A DNA stretch of 64,000 nt. Source: Planctomycetota bacterium. GTDB lineage: Bacteria; Planctomycetota; B15-G4. Below the pieces are notes generated by a model, which did no database searches, was not told the DNA's origin, and saw only the letters and a list, made by a program, of their open reading frames with translations. Both the position numbers and the translations under genes were made by a program. Shown piece by piece: positions 28,322 through 38,943 of this stretch. Position 1 is the stretch's first letter. Every line of letters starts with the position of its first letter. The DNA lies in assembly GCA_965248575.1 (NCBI GenBank), contig CBDFJQ010000002.1, forward strand, positions 1,600,001-1,664,000, in the 5' to 3' direction.

Positions 28322-31300
28322 ATGGCCATCACCCCTCCCCGTCGCATCAACCTGCCTGGGCTGCTCGTCCGACGGCCAGTGATGATGTTCATGCTGTTCT
28401 TGACGCTGATCGGAACGGGTTTCCTCAGCTACTCGAAGCTGCCGCTCACCTTGCTACCGCCGGGCCTGCAGGACTCCAGCCTCTCCATCAACCTGCCCTA
28501 CCCCGGGGCGGGGCCCAAGGAGGTGGAGGACCAGCTCACGCGCCCCGTCGAGGAGCAGCTACGAACCATCCCCGGTATCAAGAACGTGTTCTCGGTCAGC
28601 CGCGAGAACCGCGCATCAATCGATATCGAGTTCGGCAACGAGACCAACATGGACGTCGCCTATGGCGAGGTCCGCGACCGCATCGAACGCATCCGTTCGA
28701 CCCTGCCGCCGGAGATGGACCGCTACAACATCTGGCGCTGGAACAGCAACACCGACATGCCGGTGATGTGGATCGGCATTCAATACGACCAAGAGGCCGT
28801 CGATCCCTTCGGCCCCATCGAACGCATCGCCGTCCGTCGCCTCGAAGGCGTTGAAGGTGTTGCGCGAGTCGGCCTCTCCGGCGTGGTGGACGAAGCCGTC
28901 CGGATCTTCGTCAACGTGGAGAAGGTGAAGGGCTATGGCGTCAACCTGGGCGACGTCATCCGGCGCCTGCAGGCCGACAACTTCACCTTGCCTGCGGGGG
29001 AGGTGAACGACGCTGGCCGCACGCTCGCTCTGCGCATCGATGCACGCTTCCAGAGCCTGGACGATGTCCGCGCCTACCCCGTGGGCAACGGCCTCGTGCT
29101 GGGTGACATCGCCGACGTGGTGCGCGCCCGGGCCTATCGGGATTGGGTCTGGCGCATCAACGGACGCGGCGCCGTGGGCATGGACATCAGCCGTGAGTCC
29201 GACCAGAACACCATCGACGTCTGCAGCCGGGTGGAAGAGGTCATCGCCGAACTGGAGCAGGACCCGCGACTGGCGGGCGCCAAGTTCAACGTCTTCTTCA
29301 ACCAGAAGGAGCACATTCTCGGTGCCGTCACAGGCCTCCAGCAATCGGCACTCTGGGGCGGGTTGTTCGCGGTGATCGTGCTGTTCTTCTTCCTGCGCGA
29401 CCTGCGCATGACGATGCTGGCCGCCCTGGCCATCCCCAGCTCGCTGTTGGCCGCCCTGATCGCCACATACTTCGGTGGCCAGACGCTCAACCTCATCTCG
29501 CTGGCCGGCTTCACCCTGGGCATTGGCATGCTGGTGGACAACGCGGTGGTGGTCATCGAGAACATCAGCCGCAAGCGCTCCGAGGGTCTCGACCGCCTTT
29601 CCTCAGCAGCCCATGGTGCGAGCGATGTGGGCCTGGCGGTGATCACCGCGACCGCTACCTCTATCGTGGTCTTCCTGCCGTTGGTGTTCATGGATGGCGA
29701 CCGCAACAACCAGATCATGATGCAGGAGGTGGGCCTGCCCATTTCCTACTCGCTGGCGGCTTCACTGCTCGTGGCCCTGGTCTTCCTGCCCGCCTTCTGC
29801 GCGCGCATCATGAGCGGCAACCGCAACAAGGCAGCAGACCTGCACTTCTCCGGACGCCTTGTCAGCACCTATGAGCGCTCCATGAATTGGGTCTTGGGCC
29901 ACCGTTTCGGCGCCTTCCTCTTGCTTGTCCTCGTGGTTTTGGTGGCCAAGGAAGCCGGGAGCAACCTGCGCAAGGCGAACACCGGCAATCAGGGTGATGA
30001 CTCCATCCGGATGTCCGTCGAAACACCCCCGACCTACTCGCTCGGCGAGACGAACTCCGTCTTCGAACACTTTGAGACCTGGGCCGAGGAGCACATGGAG
30101 GAGTATGGCTACGACTTCTACTCCACCCGCTTCAGCCGCCGGGGCGGAAGCGTGAGCTTCTATCCTCGCGAGGGCCTGGATGACGACGCCCGCGAGCGCT
30201 TGCCCCATTTGTTGCGCGACACCTCCCCCGAGCTGCCGGGCGTCGAGGTCACGGTGGGACGCGATGGCGCAGGGCAGAGCAAGGAAGTGCGGATCAACCT
30301 CAAGGGCCGGGACTTCTCCGTCCTGGCAGGCATCGCCGACGACCTCAAGCTGCGCCTCGCGAACCTCACCACCGAGAAGGACGGCCACATCATCCCGCTC
30401 TTCGAGAATGTTCGCACCGACCTCGAGGACGGCCTGGACGAGATCCACGTGGACATCGACCGGGACCGGGCGTCGGAGCTGGGCGTGCTCCCAGAGATGG
30501 TGCGCGGCACCGTGGCTTGGGGCCTCGGAGGCCAGCGGCTGCCTGACTACCAGGAGGGTGAACGCGAGATCCGGATGCAGATCGAGTACGGACTCAGCGA
30601 CCAGGAGAGCCTCGAGTTCCTGCGCAACATGGGTCTGTCGAGCACGACGGGCGCCCAGGTACCCCTGGCCTCCATCGCGAGCCTTGGCTTCGACAAGGCC
30701 CTCGGCAGCCTCGTGCGGCGCAACGGGGAGACCAGCACCGGCGTCACGGCGCTCCCCACGGTGGACAATCTCTACGAGGTCTCCCGGGGCCTGAAATCCG
30801 TGCTCGCCAACTACCCCTTCCCCGACGGCTACACCTGGGACGAGCAGGGCGGTCAGGAGGAGTTCGAGGAAGGCATGGCGGAACTCGTGATGACGCTGCT
30901 GTTCTCGGTGCTGCTGGTCTACCTCCTGATGGCGATCCTGCTCGAGTCCGTCTCGCTGCCCTTCTCGATCCTGGTGTCCATCCCGCTCGCCCTCATGGGC
31001 GTCAACATCACGCTCTTCACCGTCGGTCGCGCCATGGATGCCATGGTCATGGTGGGCATGATCCTGCTAGCGGGCATCGTGGTGAACAACGCCATCGTGC
31101 TGCTCGATCGGGTGCAACGCTTGCGAGCGGAGGGCCTGGAGCGCGACGCCGCCCTGATCCGCGGTGGCGCCGAACGCCTGCGCCCGATCGTCATGACAGC
31201 CTTGACGACCATCTTCGGGCTGCTGCCCATGGCCATGCCATCGGCCTTCCCCGGGGACGCCGAATCCTCGGGCTACGAGAGCATGGCCATCACCGTGGCT

Positions 31301-31492
31301 GGCGGCCTCGCCTTCTCGACCTTCTTCACCCTCCTGGCGGTGCCGCTCTTCTACACCTTCTTTGACGACCTTGGCTCCGCGGCCAACAAGCTGATGCCCT
31401 GGAAGACCAAGGACGCCGACGCTGAAACGACGGAAGGCCTTCCAGGACCGGGTGCCGGCGAGCCGGCCTTTTTGGCCAAGCACGACGCCTGA
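28322..31492 (+). CDS. RND efflux transporter permease (AcrB/SwrC-like)
   Basis: 1056 aa; GMLVDNAVVVIEN, GIVVNNAIVL, RLRPIVMT; 12-TM RND layout. Confidence 0.92.
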   Translation: MAITPPRRINLPGLLVRRPVMMFMLFLTLIGTGFLSYSKLPLTLLPPGLQDSSLSINLPYPGAGPKEVEDQLTRPVEEQLRTIPGIKNVFSVSRENRASIDIEFGNETNMDVAYGEVRDRIERIRSTLPPEMDRYNIWRWNSNTDMPVMWIGIQYDQEAVDPFGPIERIAVRRLEGVEGVARVGLSGVVDEAVRIFVNVEKVKGYGVNLGDVIRRLQADNFTLPAGEVNDAGRTLALRIDARFQSLDDVRAYPVGNGLVLGDIADVVRARAYRDWVWRINGRGAVGMDISRESDQNTIDVCSRVEEVIAELEQDPRLAGAKFNVFFNQKEHILGAVTGLQQSALWGGLFAVIVLFFFLRDLRMTMLAALAIPSSLLAALIATYFGGQTLNLISLAGFTLGIGMLVDNAVVVIENISRKRSEGLDRLSSAAHGASDVGLAVITATATSIVVFLPLVFMDGDRNNQIMMQEVGLPISYSLAASLLVALVFLPAFCARIMSGNRNKAADLHFSGRLVSTYERSMNWVLGHRFGAFLLLVLVVLVAKEAGSNLRKANTGNQGDDSIRMSVETPPTYSLGETNSVFEHFETWAEEHMEEYGYDFYSTRFSRRGGSVSFYPREGLDDDARERLPHLLRDTSPELPGVEVTVGRDGAGQSKEVRINLKGRDFSVLAGIADDLKLRLANLTTEKDGHIIPLFENVRTDLEDGLDEIHVDIDRDRASELGVLPEMVRGTVAWGLGGQRLPDYQEGEREIRMQIEYGLSDQESLEFLRNMGLSSTTGAQVPLASIASLGFDKALGSLVRRNGETSTGVTALPTVDNLYEVSRGLKSVLANYPFPDGYTWDEQGGQEEFEEGMAELVMTLLFSVLLVYLLMAILLESVSLPFSILVSIPLALMGVNITLFTVGRAMDAMVMVGMILLAGIVVNNAIVLLDRVQRLRAEGLERDAALIRGGAERLRPIVMTALTTIFGLLPMAMPSAFPGDAESSGYESMAITVAGGLAFSTFFTLLAVPLFYTFFDDLGSAANKLMPWKTKDADAETTEGLPGPGAGEPAFLAKHDA

Positions 31493-31583
31493 GGCAAGCA
31501 GCCCCCTCCGGCTCCTTCGCCCCACCAACCCGCTTGAGTTCCCAGGGGTGACAGCGAGGCATCGGCCCGTACAATCCGCCGCC

Positions 31584-33215
31584 ATGCCGAACTCCATCAG
31601 CAGGATCCCCCTTCCCGTCAACGAACCCGTGCGGACCTACGCCCCGGGCAGCCCCGAACGCGCCTCCATCCGCAGCGTGCTGAGAACAGCACGCGGTGAG
31701 ACGGTCGACATCCCGCTGGTCATCGGTGGGAAGGAGATCCGCACCGGCGAGACCTTCCAGGTCACGGAGCCCCACGACCACCAGCACGTGATCGCCACGG
31801 GCCATTCCGGAAACGCCGAGTCCGTCGCCCTGGCGACGGCGGCAGCGGCCGACGCCGCCCATGATTGGGCCACGATGGACTTCGACGACCGGGCGGCGAT
31901 CTTCCTGCGCGCCGCCGATCTGCTCGCCGGCCCTTGGCGCGACCGTGTCAACGCCACCACCATGCTGGGCCAGAGCAAGACGGTGGTGCAGGCCGAGATC
32001 GATTCGGCGTGCGAGCTGATCGACTTTTTCCGCTTCAACGTCGCCTATGCGCGCCAGCTGATGGAGATTCAGCCCGACAGCCTGCCGGGCATGTGGAACC
32101 GCTGCGAGTACCGAAACCTGGAAGGCTTCGTGCTGGCAGTGACGCCCTTCAACTTCACGTCCATCGCCGGCAACCTCCCCACCGCCCCCGCGCTGATGGG
32201 CAATGTGTGCCTCTGGAAGCCGGCATCCACCTCGCTCCTGAGCAACTGGGCGCTCATGCAACTGCTCCAGGAAGCGGGCCTGCCCGACGGCGTCATCAAC
32301 TTCGTCCCGGGCGATGGCCCGACCATCGGTCAACCGGCGCTCGTGCACCCCGATCTCGCAGGCGTGCACTTCACCGGGTCCACCGGCGTCTTCCAGAGCA
32401 TGTGGCGCACGGTCGGCGAGAACATCGCGAACTACAAGGCCTACCCGCGCGTGGTGGGTGAGACAGGCGGCAAGGACTTCGTGTTCGTCCACCCCAGCGC
32501 GGACATGGACGCCGTGGCCATCGGCTTGGTGCGCGGCTCCTTCGAATACCAGGGGCAGAAGTGCTCGGCAGCCAGCAGGGCCTATATCCCGCGCTCGGCC
32601 TGGGACTCCCTGCGCGAGCAACTCGTTGCCTTGACGAAGGCCCTCAGCATGGGCAACCCCAACGACTTCAGCAACTTCATGGCGGCCGTCATCGATCAGA
32701 AGAGCTTCGAGCGCTGCCGCTCGTACATCGCGGGCGCAAAGGCCGACAGCGCCTGCTCGATCCTGGTGGGCGGCACCTGCGACGACAGCACCGGTTGGTT
32801 CGTGTCCCCCACGATCATCGAGACCGCCGACCCCCACGCCACGTCCATGTGCGAAGAGATCTTCGGCCCCATCCTCACGATCTTCGTCTACGACGACGAC
32901 AAGCTGGACGAGACCCTCGACCTGTGTGACAGCAGTACGCCCTACGCGCTCACAGGCGGCATCTTTGCTCGCGATCAGCAGGTCGTGGCTCGCATGAGCG
33001 CTCGCTTGCGACACGCCGCTGGCAACTTCTACGTGAACGACAAGCCCACGGGTGCCGTCGTGGGCCAGCAACCCTTCGGTGGCGGACGTGCCTCCGGGAC
33101 GAATGACAAGGCGGGGTCGCTGCTGAACCTGGTCCGCTGGACCAGCGTACGAACCATCAAGGAGACGTTCGTGCCGTCACACGAGTGGCGCTACCCACAC
33201 ATGAACGAGGAGTAG
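31584..33215 (+). CDS. pruA: L-glutamate gamma-semialdehyde (P5C) dehydrogenase
   Basis: NEPVRTYAPGSPER, PFNFT, FTGST, GETGGK, FEYQGQKCSA, EEIFGP, QQPFGGGRASGTNDK. Confidence 0.93.
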   Translation: MPNSISRIPLPVNEPVRTYAPGSPERASIRSVLRTARGETVDIPLVIGGKEIRTGETFQVTEPHDHQHVIATGHSGNAESVALATAAAADAAHDWATMDFDDRAAIFLRAADLLAGPWRDRVNATTMLGQSKTVVQAEIDSACELIDFFRFNVAYARQLMEIQPDSLPGMWNRCEYRNLEGFVLAVTPFNFTSIAGNLPTAPALMGNVCLWKPASTSLLSNWALMQLLQEAGLPDGVINFVPGDGPTIGQPALVHPDLAGVHFTGSTGVFQSMWRTVGENIANYKAYPRVVGETGGKDFVFVHPSADMDAVAIGLVRGSFEYQGQKCSAASRAYIPRSAWDSLREQLVALTKALSMGNPNDFSNFMAAVIDQKSFERCRSYIAGAKADSACSILVGGTCDDSTGWFVSPTIIETADPHATSMCEEIFGPILTIFVYDDDKLDETLDLCDSSTPYALTGGIFARDQQVVARMSARLRHAAGNFYVNDKPTGAVVGQQPFGGGRASGTNDKAGSLLNLVRWTSVRTIKETFVPSHEWRYPHMNEE

Positions 33216-33219
33216 GCCC

Positions 33220-34113
33220 ATGCGCATTCAGCTCAACCTGTGCCTGGCGGCCACGTGCGTCGCCCTCGCGTCGGCCTGCGCTGGCCTTACGTCACCCTCG
33301 GAAGCCAGTGCGGCGTCCGCTCCCCGAGCGGCTTCGGCGAACGCCGAAACGACAGCGTCGGCACGCTCCTCGACGCTGGGCTCCGCCAGGGCCCCGGTGC
33401 CCAATCCGGCCTCGAACCCGGCTGAGCTGCTCGTGGGCTCAGACCTCGACAACCTGCCCTTCGCGGGTGTCGATGCTCAGGGCGCTCCTATCGGTCGCGA
33501 CGTGGAGATGATGGAATCCATCGCAGCCAAGCTGGGGCGCCGCATCCGTTGGCATCGTGCACCCTTCGACACCCTGCTTCCGGCCGCCCGCGGGGGCTGG
33601 ACCGACGTCATCTGCGCCACCCTGGGCATCACCGAGGAACGCGCCAAGACGGTGCTCTTCAGCCGACCCTACTTCGAGACCGTGGTCACGGTGGTGGTGC
33701 GCTCAGGGCCAGGAGAACCACGCGGTTGGGACGACCTGAATGGAAAGCTCGTGGCGGCGGGCGCGGGCACGACCTCCGAAAGCGCCGTGCGCAGCAAGCT
33801 TCCCAGGGCCCAGCTCGCCCTCTCCGCCAAGCAGGGCCTGACTTCCGCCGAGCGGCTGCTCCTGGGCGAGGTGGATGGGATCGCCATGGACGGCCCGGCT
33901 GCTGACGCCCTGGTGGCTGGCAGCGGCGGCGCCCTGACCACCCTCCATACCCCCCTGGCGACGGAGAGTTATGCCTTGGCCCTCCCGAAGGACAGATCGC
34001 AGCTGGTCCAGCTCATCGATGCCGCCCTGCGCGAGCTCGAGGCCTCCGGGGACTTGCAGCGCCTGAACGGCAAATGGGGCGTGCGCTCCGTGGGCCGCAG
34101 CTCCGAGCCCTAG
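33220..34113 (+). CDS. Amino-acid ABC transporter substrate-binding protein (family 3), lipoprotein
   Basis: Lipobox LASA-C; PF...G.DVE, GITEER...FSRPY, final KW. Confidence 0.85.
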   Translation: MRIQLNLCLAATCVALASACAGLTSPSEASAASAPRAASANAETTASARSSTLGSARAPVPNPASNPAELLVGSDLDNLPFAGVDAQGAPIGRDVEMMESIAAKLGRRIRWHRAPFDTLLPAARGGWTDVICATLGITEERAKTVLFSRPYFETVVTVVVRSGPGEPRGWDDLNGKLVAAGAGTTSESAVRSKLPRAQLALSAKQGLTSAERLLLGEVDGIAMDGPAADALVAGSGGALTTLHTPLATESYALALPKDRSQLVQLIDAALRELEASGDLQRLNGKWGVRSVGRSSEP

Positions 34114-34278
34114 GCCGCTCAGACCACCCAGGCTACCGAGACCCGGTCCACACGCGACCACGCCTTCCGGCCCAGGCACGACCCAGCCACATCTGCGCCA
34201 TTCGAGGCTCCAGACCGCCCGGCAGGGGGTCTGGTAGAGTCTCCCGCTTGCCATATTCACTTCGCCCGAGAATCTGTC

Positions 34279-37002
34279 ATGACCCCATCGTCCGTTACCA
34301 AACTCCTTCTCCCCCTGGTGCTCCTCGCACCCATGTCGTGCCGCATGCTCCCAAGCGGTGGTTCCGACGAGGGTTCGACCCCCGCAGCAGCCGCTTCTGA
34401 GAGCGCCGACAAGCAGGCCGCCGCCAAGAAGGACGAGACCGCAGCAGCCAAGAAGGCCGCCGCAGGCGAGACCGCCAAGAAGGACGGGAAGAAGGCCGCC
34501 GAGAAGTCCAAGGACGACGACAAGAGCAAGGACGATGAGGCCAAGAGCAAGGCCCAGAAGAAGTACGACGAGGCCCTGAAGGATCTCGAAGAAGCCAAGG
34601 GCCTGTTCACCTTCCACCACGGCGAAGCCAAGGTCCTGCTCGAGCTGGACGACAAGGCCCTGGGCCGTGAGTTCCTCTATTGGGGCGCCCTCAACAGCGG
34701 CGCGGGCAACGGCAGCGTCTACCGCGGTGCCATGCTCTACGACAGCCCGAACGTCCTGCGCTTCGAGCGTCGCGGCAAGAAGAAGGTCGTCCTGGTGGCC
34801 AGCAACACCAACTACATGGAGGGCAACGACGCCCGCGAGAACCGCGTGCGCGAAGAGGTCCTTTCGGACGGCTTCATCAAGTCCTTCGACATCGCGGCGG
34901 AGATCGAGGACGAGAAGCTCCTGATCGACGTCGGCGCCTGGCTCAAGAGCGACAACCTCCAGGTGGGTCGCAGCCTGAGCGGCGGCAAGTACTCCGCCAG
35001 CAAGGACCTGAGCCTCTTCACCGACCTGAAGGCGTTCCCCAAGAACGTCGAGATCCTCGTGGAGATGGTGTTCACCAGCTCCAGCAACGGCGGCAACTCC
35101 ACCATGGCTGACGGCCGCGGCGTCGCCGTGAACGTGCAGCACTCCTTCGTGGCCCTGCCCGACCCCGGCTACAAGCCCCGCGAGTACGACCAGCGTGTCG
35201 GCTACTTCTTCACCGAGCGCAAGAACCTGTTCGACCGCGAGTCCGAAGACAACGTCTCGCGCATGATCAGCCGCTGGCGCCTGCAGAAGAAGGACCCGAC
35301 GGCCGAGGTGAGCGACCCCGTCGAGCCCATCGTCTACTGGATCGAGAACTCCACCCCCGCTGCCTACCGCGATTCCATTCGCGCTGGCATCGAGGCCTGG
35401 GAGCCGGCCTTCCGCAAGGCGGGCTTCAGCAACGCCATCATCGCCAAGCAGATGCCTGACGATGCCGAGTGGGACGCAGCCGACGTGCGCTACGCCGTGG
35501 TGCGCTGGTCCGAGGACGAGAACGTCAGCTTCGCCATCGGCCCGTCCCGTCAGGACCCTCGCACGGGTGAGACCTTCGACGCCGACATCACCATGCAGGC
35601 CAACTTCCTGAACACCTACACGACGCGCTTCGACACCTACATCGCGAACCGCGCCACCATGACCAAGGAAGACATCCTGCGTGAGTTCGAAGAGGCCCAG
35701 AAGCCCCTCGACCCCGCCACGATGGATCAGGACCCGCGCCGCATGTGCAGCATGATGGGCGACGAGTTCGCTCTTCAGGTCGCCTACGCATCCATGATGT
35801 TGGACGTGGTGGCACCGGAGAAGACGCGCAAAGAGTTCCTGCAGGACATGATCCAGGAAGTGAGCGCCCACGAGGTCGGCCACACCCTGGGTCTGCGCCA
35901 CAACTTCAAGGCTTCCACCTGGAAGACCATGGAGGAGCTGGCCAACGACGATGACACCATGGCGCACGGCACCGCCGGTTCCTTCATGGACTACCCGGCC
36001 GTGATCATCGCGGCGCCTGGCACCAAGCAGGGTGAGTTCTTCCAGTCCTGCATCGGCCCTTATGACTACTGGGCCATCGAGTACGGCTACACGGAGTTCG
36101 GCAGCAACGAGGACAAGCACCTGGCCAAGATCGCTGCCCGCTCCAACGAGCCCGGTCTGGAGTACGGCACCGATGAGGATTCCTTCATCGGCGATCCCTA
36201 CACCGTCGTCTGGGACATGGGCAAGGACCCGGTGGCCTTCGCCAAGAGCCAGATCGAGCTGGCGGAGTGGGGCCTCTCCAAGATGAAGGAGCGGGCCGTG
36301 GAGCAGGGTGACGGCTTCCACAAGTACGCCCGCTACTACTCGATGTTCTACAGCATGTACAACCGGTCCTACTCTGGGTTGAGCCGCTTCATCGGTGGTT
36401 TCACCTTCAACCGTGACCTGGTCGGGCAGGACGGCGGCCGCGATCCCATCGTGGCCGTGGACCCCGCGCTGCAGAAGGAAGCCCTGGCGTTGATGATCGA
36501 CAAGGGCCTGCGCTGGACGGGTGGCATCCCCAACGAAGACCGTCTGCTGCTCGCCAACAAGAAGTATGGCAGCTTCGGTAGCTGGTTCGATTTCTGGACC
36601 TTCGATCCGCTGCCGCGCATCGTGAACGGTGCGCGTCTGGTGACCCTCTACCCGCTCATGAGCACGTCGATGTACGAGCGCCTCGAGACCCAGGAGATGC
36701 TCGGCAAGGCTGGCGATTTGACGGGCAACAGCGTCATCAACCAGGTCTTCGCCGTGGTCTGGCCCGAGACGCCCGACGAGTACGATCTCTGGACCCAGTC
36801 GGACTACGTGAACATCGTGCTGTCCCGCGTGCAGACGGACACGACGCCGCGCATCAAGGCCATGTTCGATGCCCAGGTGGACAAGTGCCTGGCCAAGCTG
36901 GACACATACAAGACGTCCAGTGACGTCGTCGTCTCGGCGCACGGCAAGTGGCTCGGTGATCGCATCCGCCGCTTCCGCGACCGCCAGACGGTGGAGTTCT
37001 AG
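34279..37002 (+). CDS. Zinc-dependent metalloprotease lipoprotein (metzincin, DUF5117/DUF4953-type)
   Basis: Lipobox-like APMS-C, K/A/D-rich linker, DQRVGYF, HEVGHTLGLRHNF, Met-turn SFMDY. Confidence 0.88.
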   Translation: MTPSSVTKLLLPLVLLAPMSCRMLPSGGSDEGSTPAAAASESADKQAAAKKDETAAAKKAAAGETAKKDGKKAAEKSKDDDKSKDDEAKSKAQKKYDEALKDLEEAKGLFTFHHGEAKVLLELDDKALGREFLYWGALNSGAGNGSVYRGAMLYDSPNVLRFERRGKKKVVLVASNTNYMEGNDARENRVREEVLSDGFIKSFDIAAEIEDEKLLIDVGAWLKSDNLQVGRSLSGGKYSASKDLSLFTDLKAFPKNVEILVEMVFTSSSNGGNSTMADGRGVAVNVQHSFVALPDPGYKPREYDQRVGYFFTERKNLFDRESEDNVSRMISRWRLQKKDPTAEVSDPVEPIVYWIENSTPAAYRDSIRAGIEAWEPAFRKAGFSNAIIAKQMPDDAEWDAADVRYAVVRWSEDENVSFAIGPSRQDPRTGETFDADITMQANFLNTYTTRFDTYIANRATMTKEDILREFEEAQKPLDPATMDQDPRRMCSMMGDEFALQVAYASMMLDVVAPEKTRKEFLQDMIQEVSAHEVGHTLGLRHNFKASTWKTMEELANDDDTMAHGTAGSFMDYPAVIIAAPGTKQGEFFQSCIGPYDYWAIEYGYTEFGSNEDKHLAKIAARSNEPGLEYGTDEDSFIGDPYTVVWDMGKDPVAFAKSQIELAEWGLSKMKERAVEQGDGFHKYARYYSMFYSMYNRSYSGLSRFIGGFTFNRDLVGQDGGRDPIVAVDPALQKEALALMIDKGLRWTGGIPNEDRLLLANKKYGSFGSWFDFWTFDPLPRIVNGARLVTLYPLMSTSMYERLETQEMLGKAGDLTGNSVINQVFAVVWPETPDEYDLWTQSDYVNIVLSRVQTDTTPRIKAMFDAQVDKCLAKLDTYKTSSDVVVSAHGKWLGDRIRRFRDRQTVEF

Positions 37003-37020
37003 GCAGCGGAGCTGTCAACC

Positions 37021-37052
37021 CACCCCGGGGGGCCTCGCGGCCTCCCGGGGTG
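37021..37052 (+). terminator. GC-rich stem-loop after the metalloprotease gene (no U-tract)
   Basis: CACCCCGGGGGGCC-TCGC-GGCCTCCCGGGGTG, 18 nt after the stop codon. Confidence 0.55.
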
Positions 37053-37107
37053 ACTCCGACCTCTCCATCATGATCGAACACCGCCGAAGCCGCGTCCGGC
37101 CCACCCC

Positions 37108-38943
37108 ATGACCGAGGCCCCTGAGCCGCGTGAGGCGTACGCGAGCCGCCTCGATGAGTGGGCCCGCATGGACGCCGACCTCACGGCCCGCGAAAGCCGG
37201 CTGGAGAGCATCCGTCTGGGCCTCTTTCTCGGGGGCGGTCTCGTCTGCGTCTGGATCATGTACGGGCAGCCCGCATGGTGGCCCGCCCTGGCGCTCCCCG
37301 TGCTCGCCTTCGCAGCAGCCGTGGCACAACACCACAAGGCCCACGCTGCGGCAGAGCGGGCCCGCTCCTTGCACGCTTGGTACCAACGCGCCAGCGACCG
37401 GCTCGTGGATGCCTGGCCCGGCACCGGCCCCACGGGCCAGGAGTACCTCGCGGACGAGAGTCTCTTCGGCCACGACATCGACCTATTCGGTGAGGGCTCG
37501 CTCTACCAGCGGCTCGCCACCACCCCTACCAGCCTCGGCCACCGGCGCCTCGCCGTCTGGTTGACCCAGCCCGCCGCACCCGACGTCATCCGGAGTCGCC
37601 AGGAGGCGCTGCGCGAGCTGGCCCCACTCCTGGATCTACGCGAGGAGCTGGCGATCGTCGGGGAGACGGCTGGCGAGGTCTTCCGACCAGACGCCCTGGC
37701 CGCCTGGGGGCGCAACGGCAGCGTCCACCCCCAGGCGAGCGCGCTGCGGGTCACCTCCTGGGTGTTCGGCGCCGTCGGGCTCTTCTGCGCCGGGGCTTGG
37801 GCCGTGGGCTCCCTCTCGGTGGGCCCCTTGGGCCTCGTGATCATCGTCGACCTGCTGTTCGAAAAATTGGTCGGAAAGAGGCGCCAACAGCACGGCCAGG
37901 AGCTCGTCCACGCCGGGCGCGGCCTGGCCTGGTTGGCCAAGCTGCTGCAGCTGCTCGAGGAAGGGCGCTTCCAATCTCCCGAGCTCCAGAGCCTGCGGAC
38001 GTCTCTCAACCAATCGGGCGAGCAAGCAGGCGAACAGTCAGGCGACCTGCCGTCGGCCAGCATCCATGAGCTCACGACGCTGGTGGACAAACTGGAGGCC
38101 TCCAAGCGCAACGCGGTCTACAGCCTCTTTGCCTTCATCGCCCAGGTCCCGCTTCGCACCGCACTCGACCTGGATGACTGGCGCTCCCAGCACGGCCTTC
38201 GGGTGGCCGACTGGCTCGACGCTGCCGGGCATTTCGAAGCCCTGCTCGCCCTGGGTACCTACGCCTACGAGCGCCCGGATGACTGCTATCCCGAGATCCT
38301 GGACGGCAGCAGTGGCGACGCCCGCTTCGTCGCGCAGGGGCTCGGGCATCCGCTCATCCCCGACGCGAGTTGCGTCCGCAACGACCTGCGCCTCGACCAG
38401 TCCATGCGACTGCTCCTGCTGAGCGGCAGCAACATGTCCGGCAAGAGCACGCTGCTCCGCGCGGTGGGTACCAATCTCTCGCTGGCCATGGCCGGCGCCC
38501 CCACCAAGGCGACTTCCCTGAGCTTGACGCCGCTCGCCCTGGGTGCGTCCATTCGCATCGAGGACTCACTGAGCGAAGGTACAAGCCATTTCTACGCCGA
38601 GATCAAGCGGCTGCGCCTGATCGACGAGCTCATGAGCAAGGGGCCGTGGCCCGTGCTCTACCTGTTGGATGAAGTGCTGCACGGCACCAACTCGCGCGAT
38701 CGACTGGCGGGTTCGAGCGCCATCGTGAAGAAGTTCGTGGCCAAAGGTGCGCTGGGCATCGTGACGACCCACGACCTGGCCCTGGCCCGCATCGCGGATG
38801 AACTGGGTGAGCTGGCCCGGAACGCACACCTCGAGGACAGCATCGTCGACGGCGAGATGCACTTCGACTACACCCTCCGGGAAGGGGTCGTCACCCGCGG
38901 CAACGCGCTCCCGTTGATGCGTTCACTCGGCCTCGACGTCTGA
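37108..38943 (+). CDS. Membrane-anchored MutS-related protein (ATPase domain V; no mismatch-binding domain)
   Basis: TM pairs; GHPL, SGSNMSGKST, DSL..G.SHFYAE, LLDE..HGTN, TTHD. Confidence 0.88.
   Translation: MTEAPEPREAYASRLDEWARMDADLTARESRLESIRLGLFLGGGLVCVWIMYGQPAWWPALALPVLAFAAAVAQHHKAHAAAERARSLHAWYQRASDRLVDAWPGTGPTGQEYLADESLFGHDIDLFGEGSLYQRLATTPTSLGHRRLAVWLTQPAAPDVIRSRQEALRELAPLLDLREELAIVGETAGEVFRPDALAAWGRNGSVHPQASALRVTSWVFGAVGLFCAGAWAVGSLSVGPLGLVIIVDLLFEKLVGKRRQQHGQELVHAGRGLAWLAKLLQLLEEGRFQSPELQSLRTSLNQSGEQAGEQSGDLPSASIHELTTLVDKLEASKRNAVYSLFAFIAQVPLRTALDLDDWRSQHGLRVADWLDAAGHFEALLALGTYAYERPDDCYPEILDGSSGDARFVAQGLGHPLIPDASCVRNDLRLDQSMRLLLLSGSNMSGKSTLLRAVGTNLSLAMAGAPTKATSLSLTPLALGASIRIEDSLSEGTSHFYAEIKRLRLIDELMSKGPWPVLYLLDEVLHGTNSRDRLAGSSAIVKKFVAKGALGIVTTHDLALARIADELGELARNAHLEDSIVDGEMHFDYTLREGVVTRGNALPLMRSLGLDV

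Noticed and set aside
34380..34570. Repetitive GCC/AAG-rich DNA
   Set aside because: Encodes the Lys/Ala/Asp low-complexity linker of the lipoprotein; not an independent repeat element.
33703..36942. 1079-aa minus-strand ORF
   Set aside because: Antisense shadow of the strongly codon-biased metalloprotease gene; no protein motifs.
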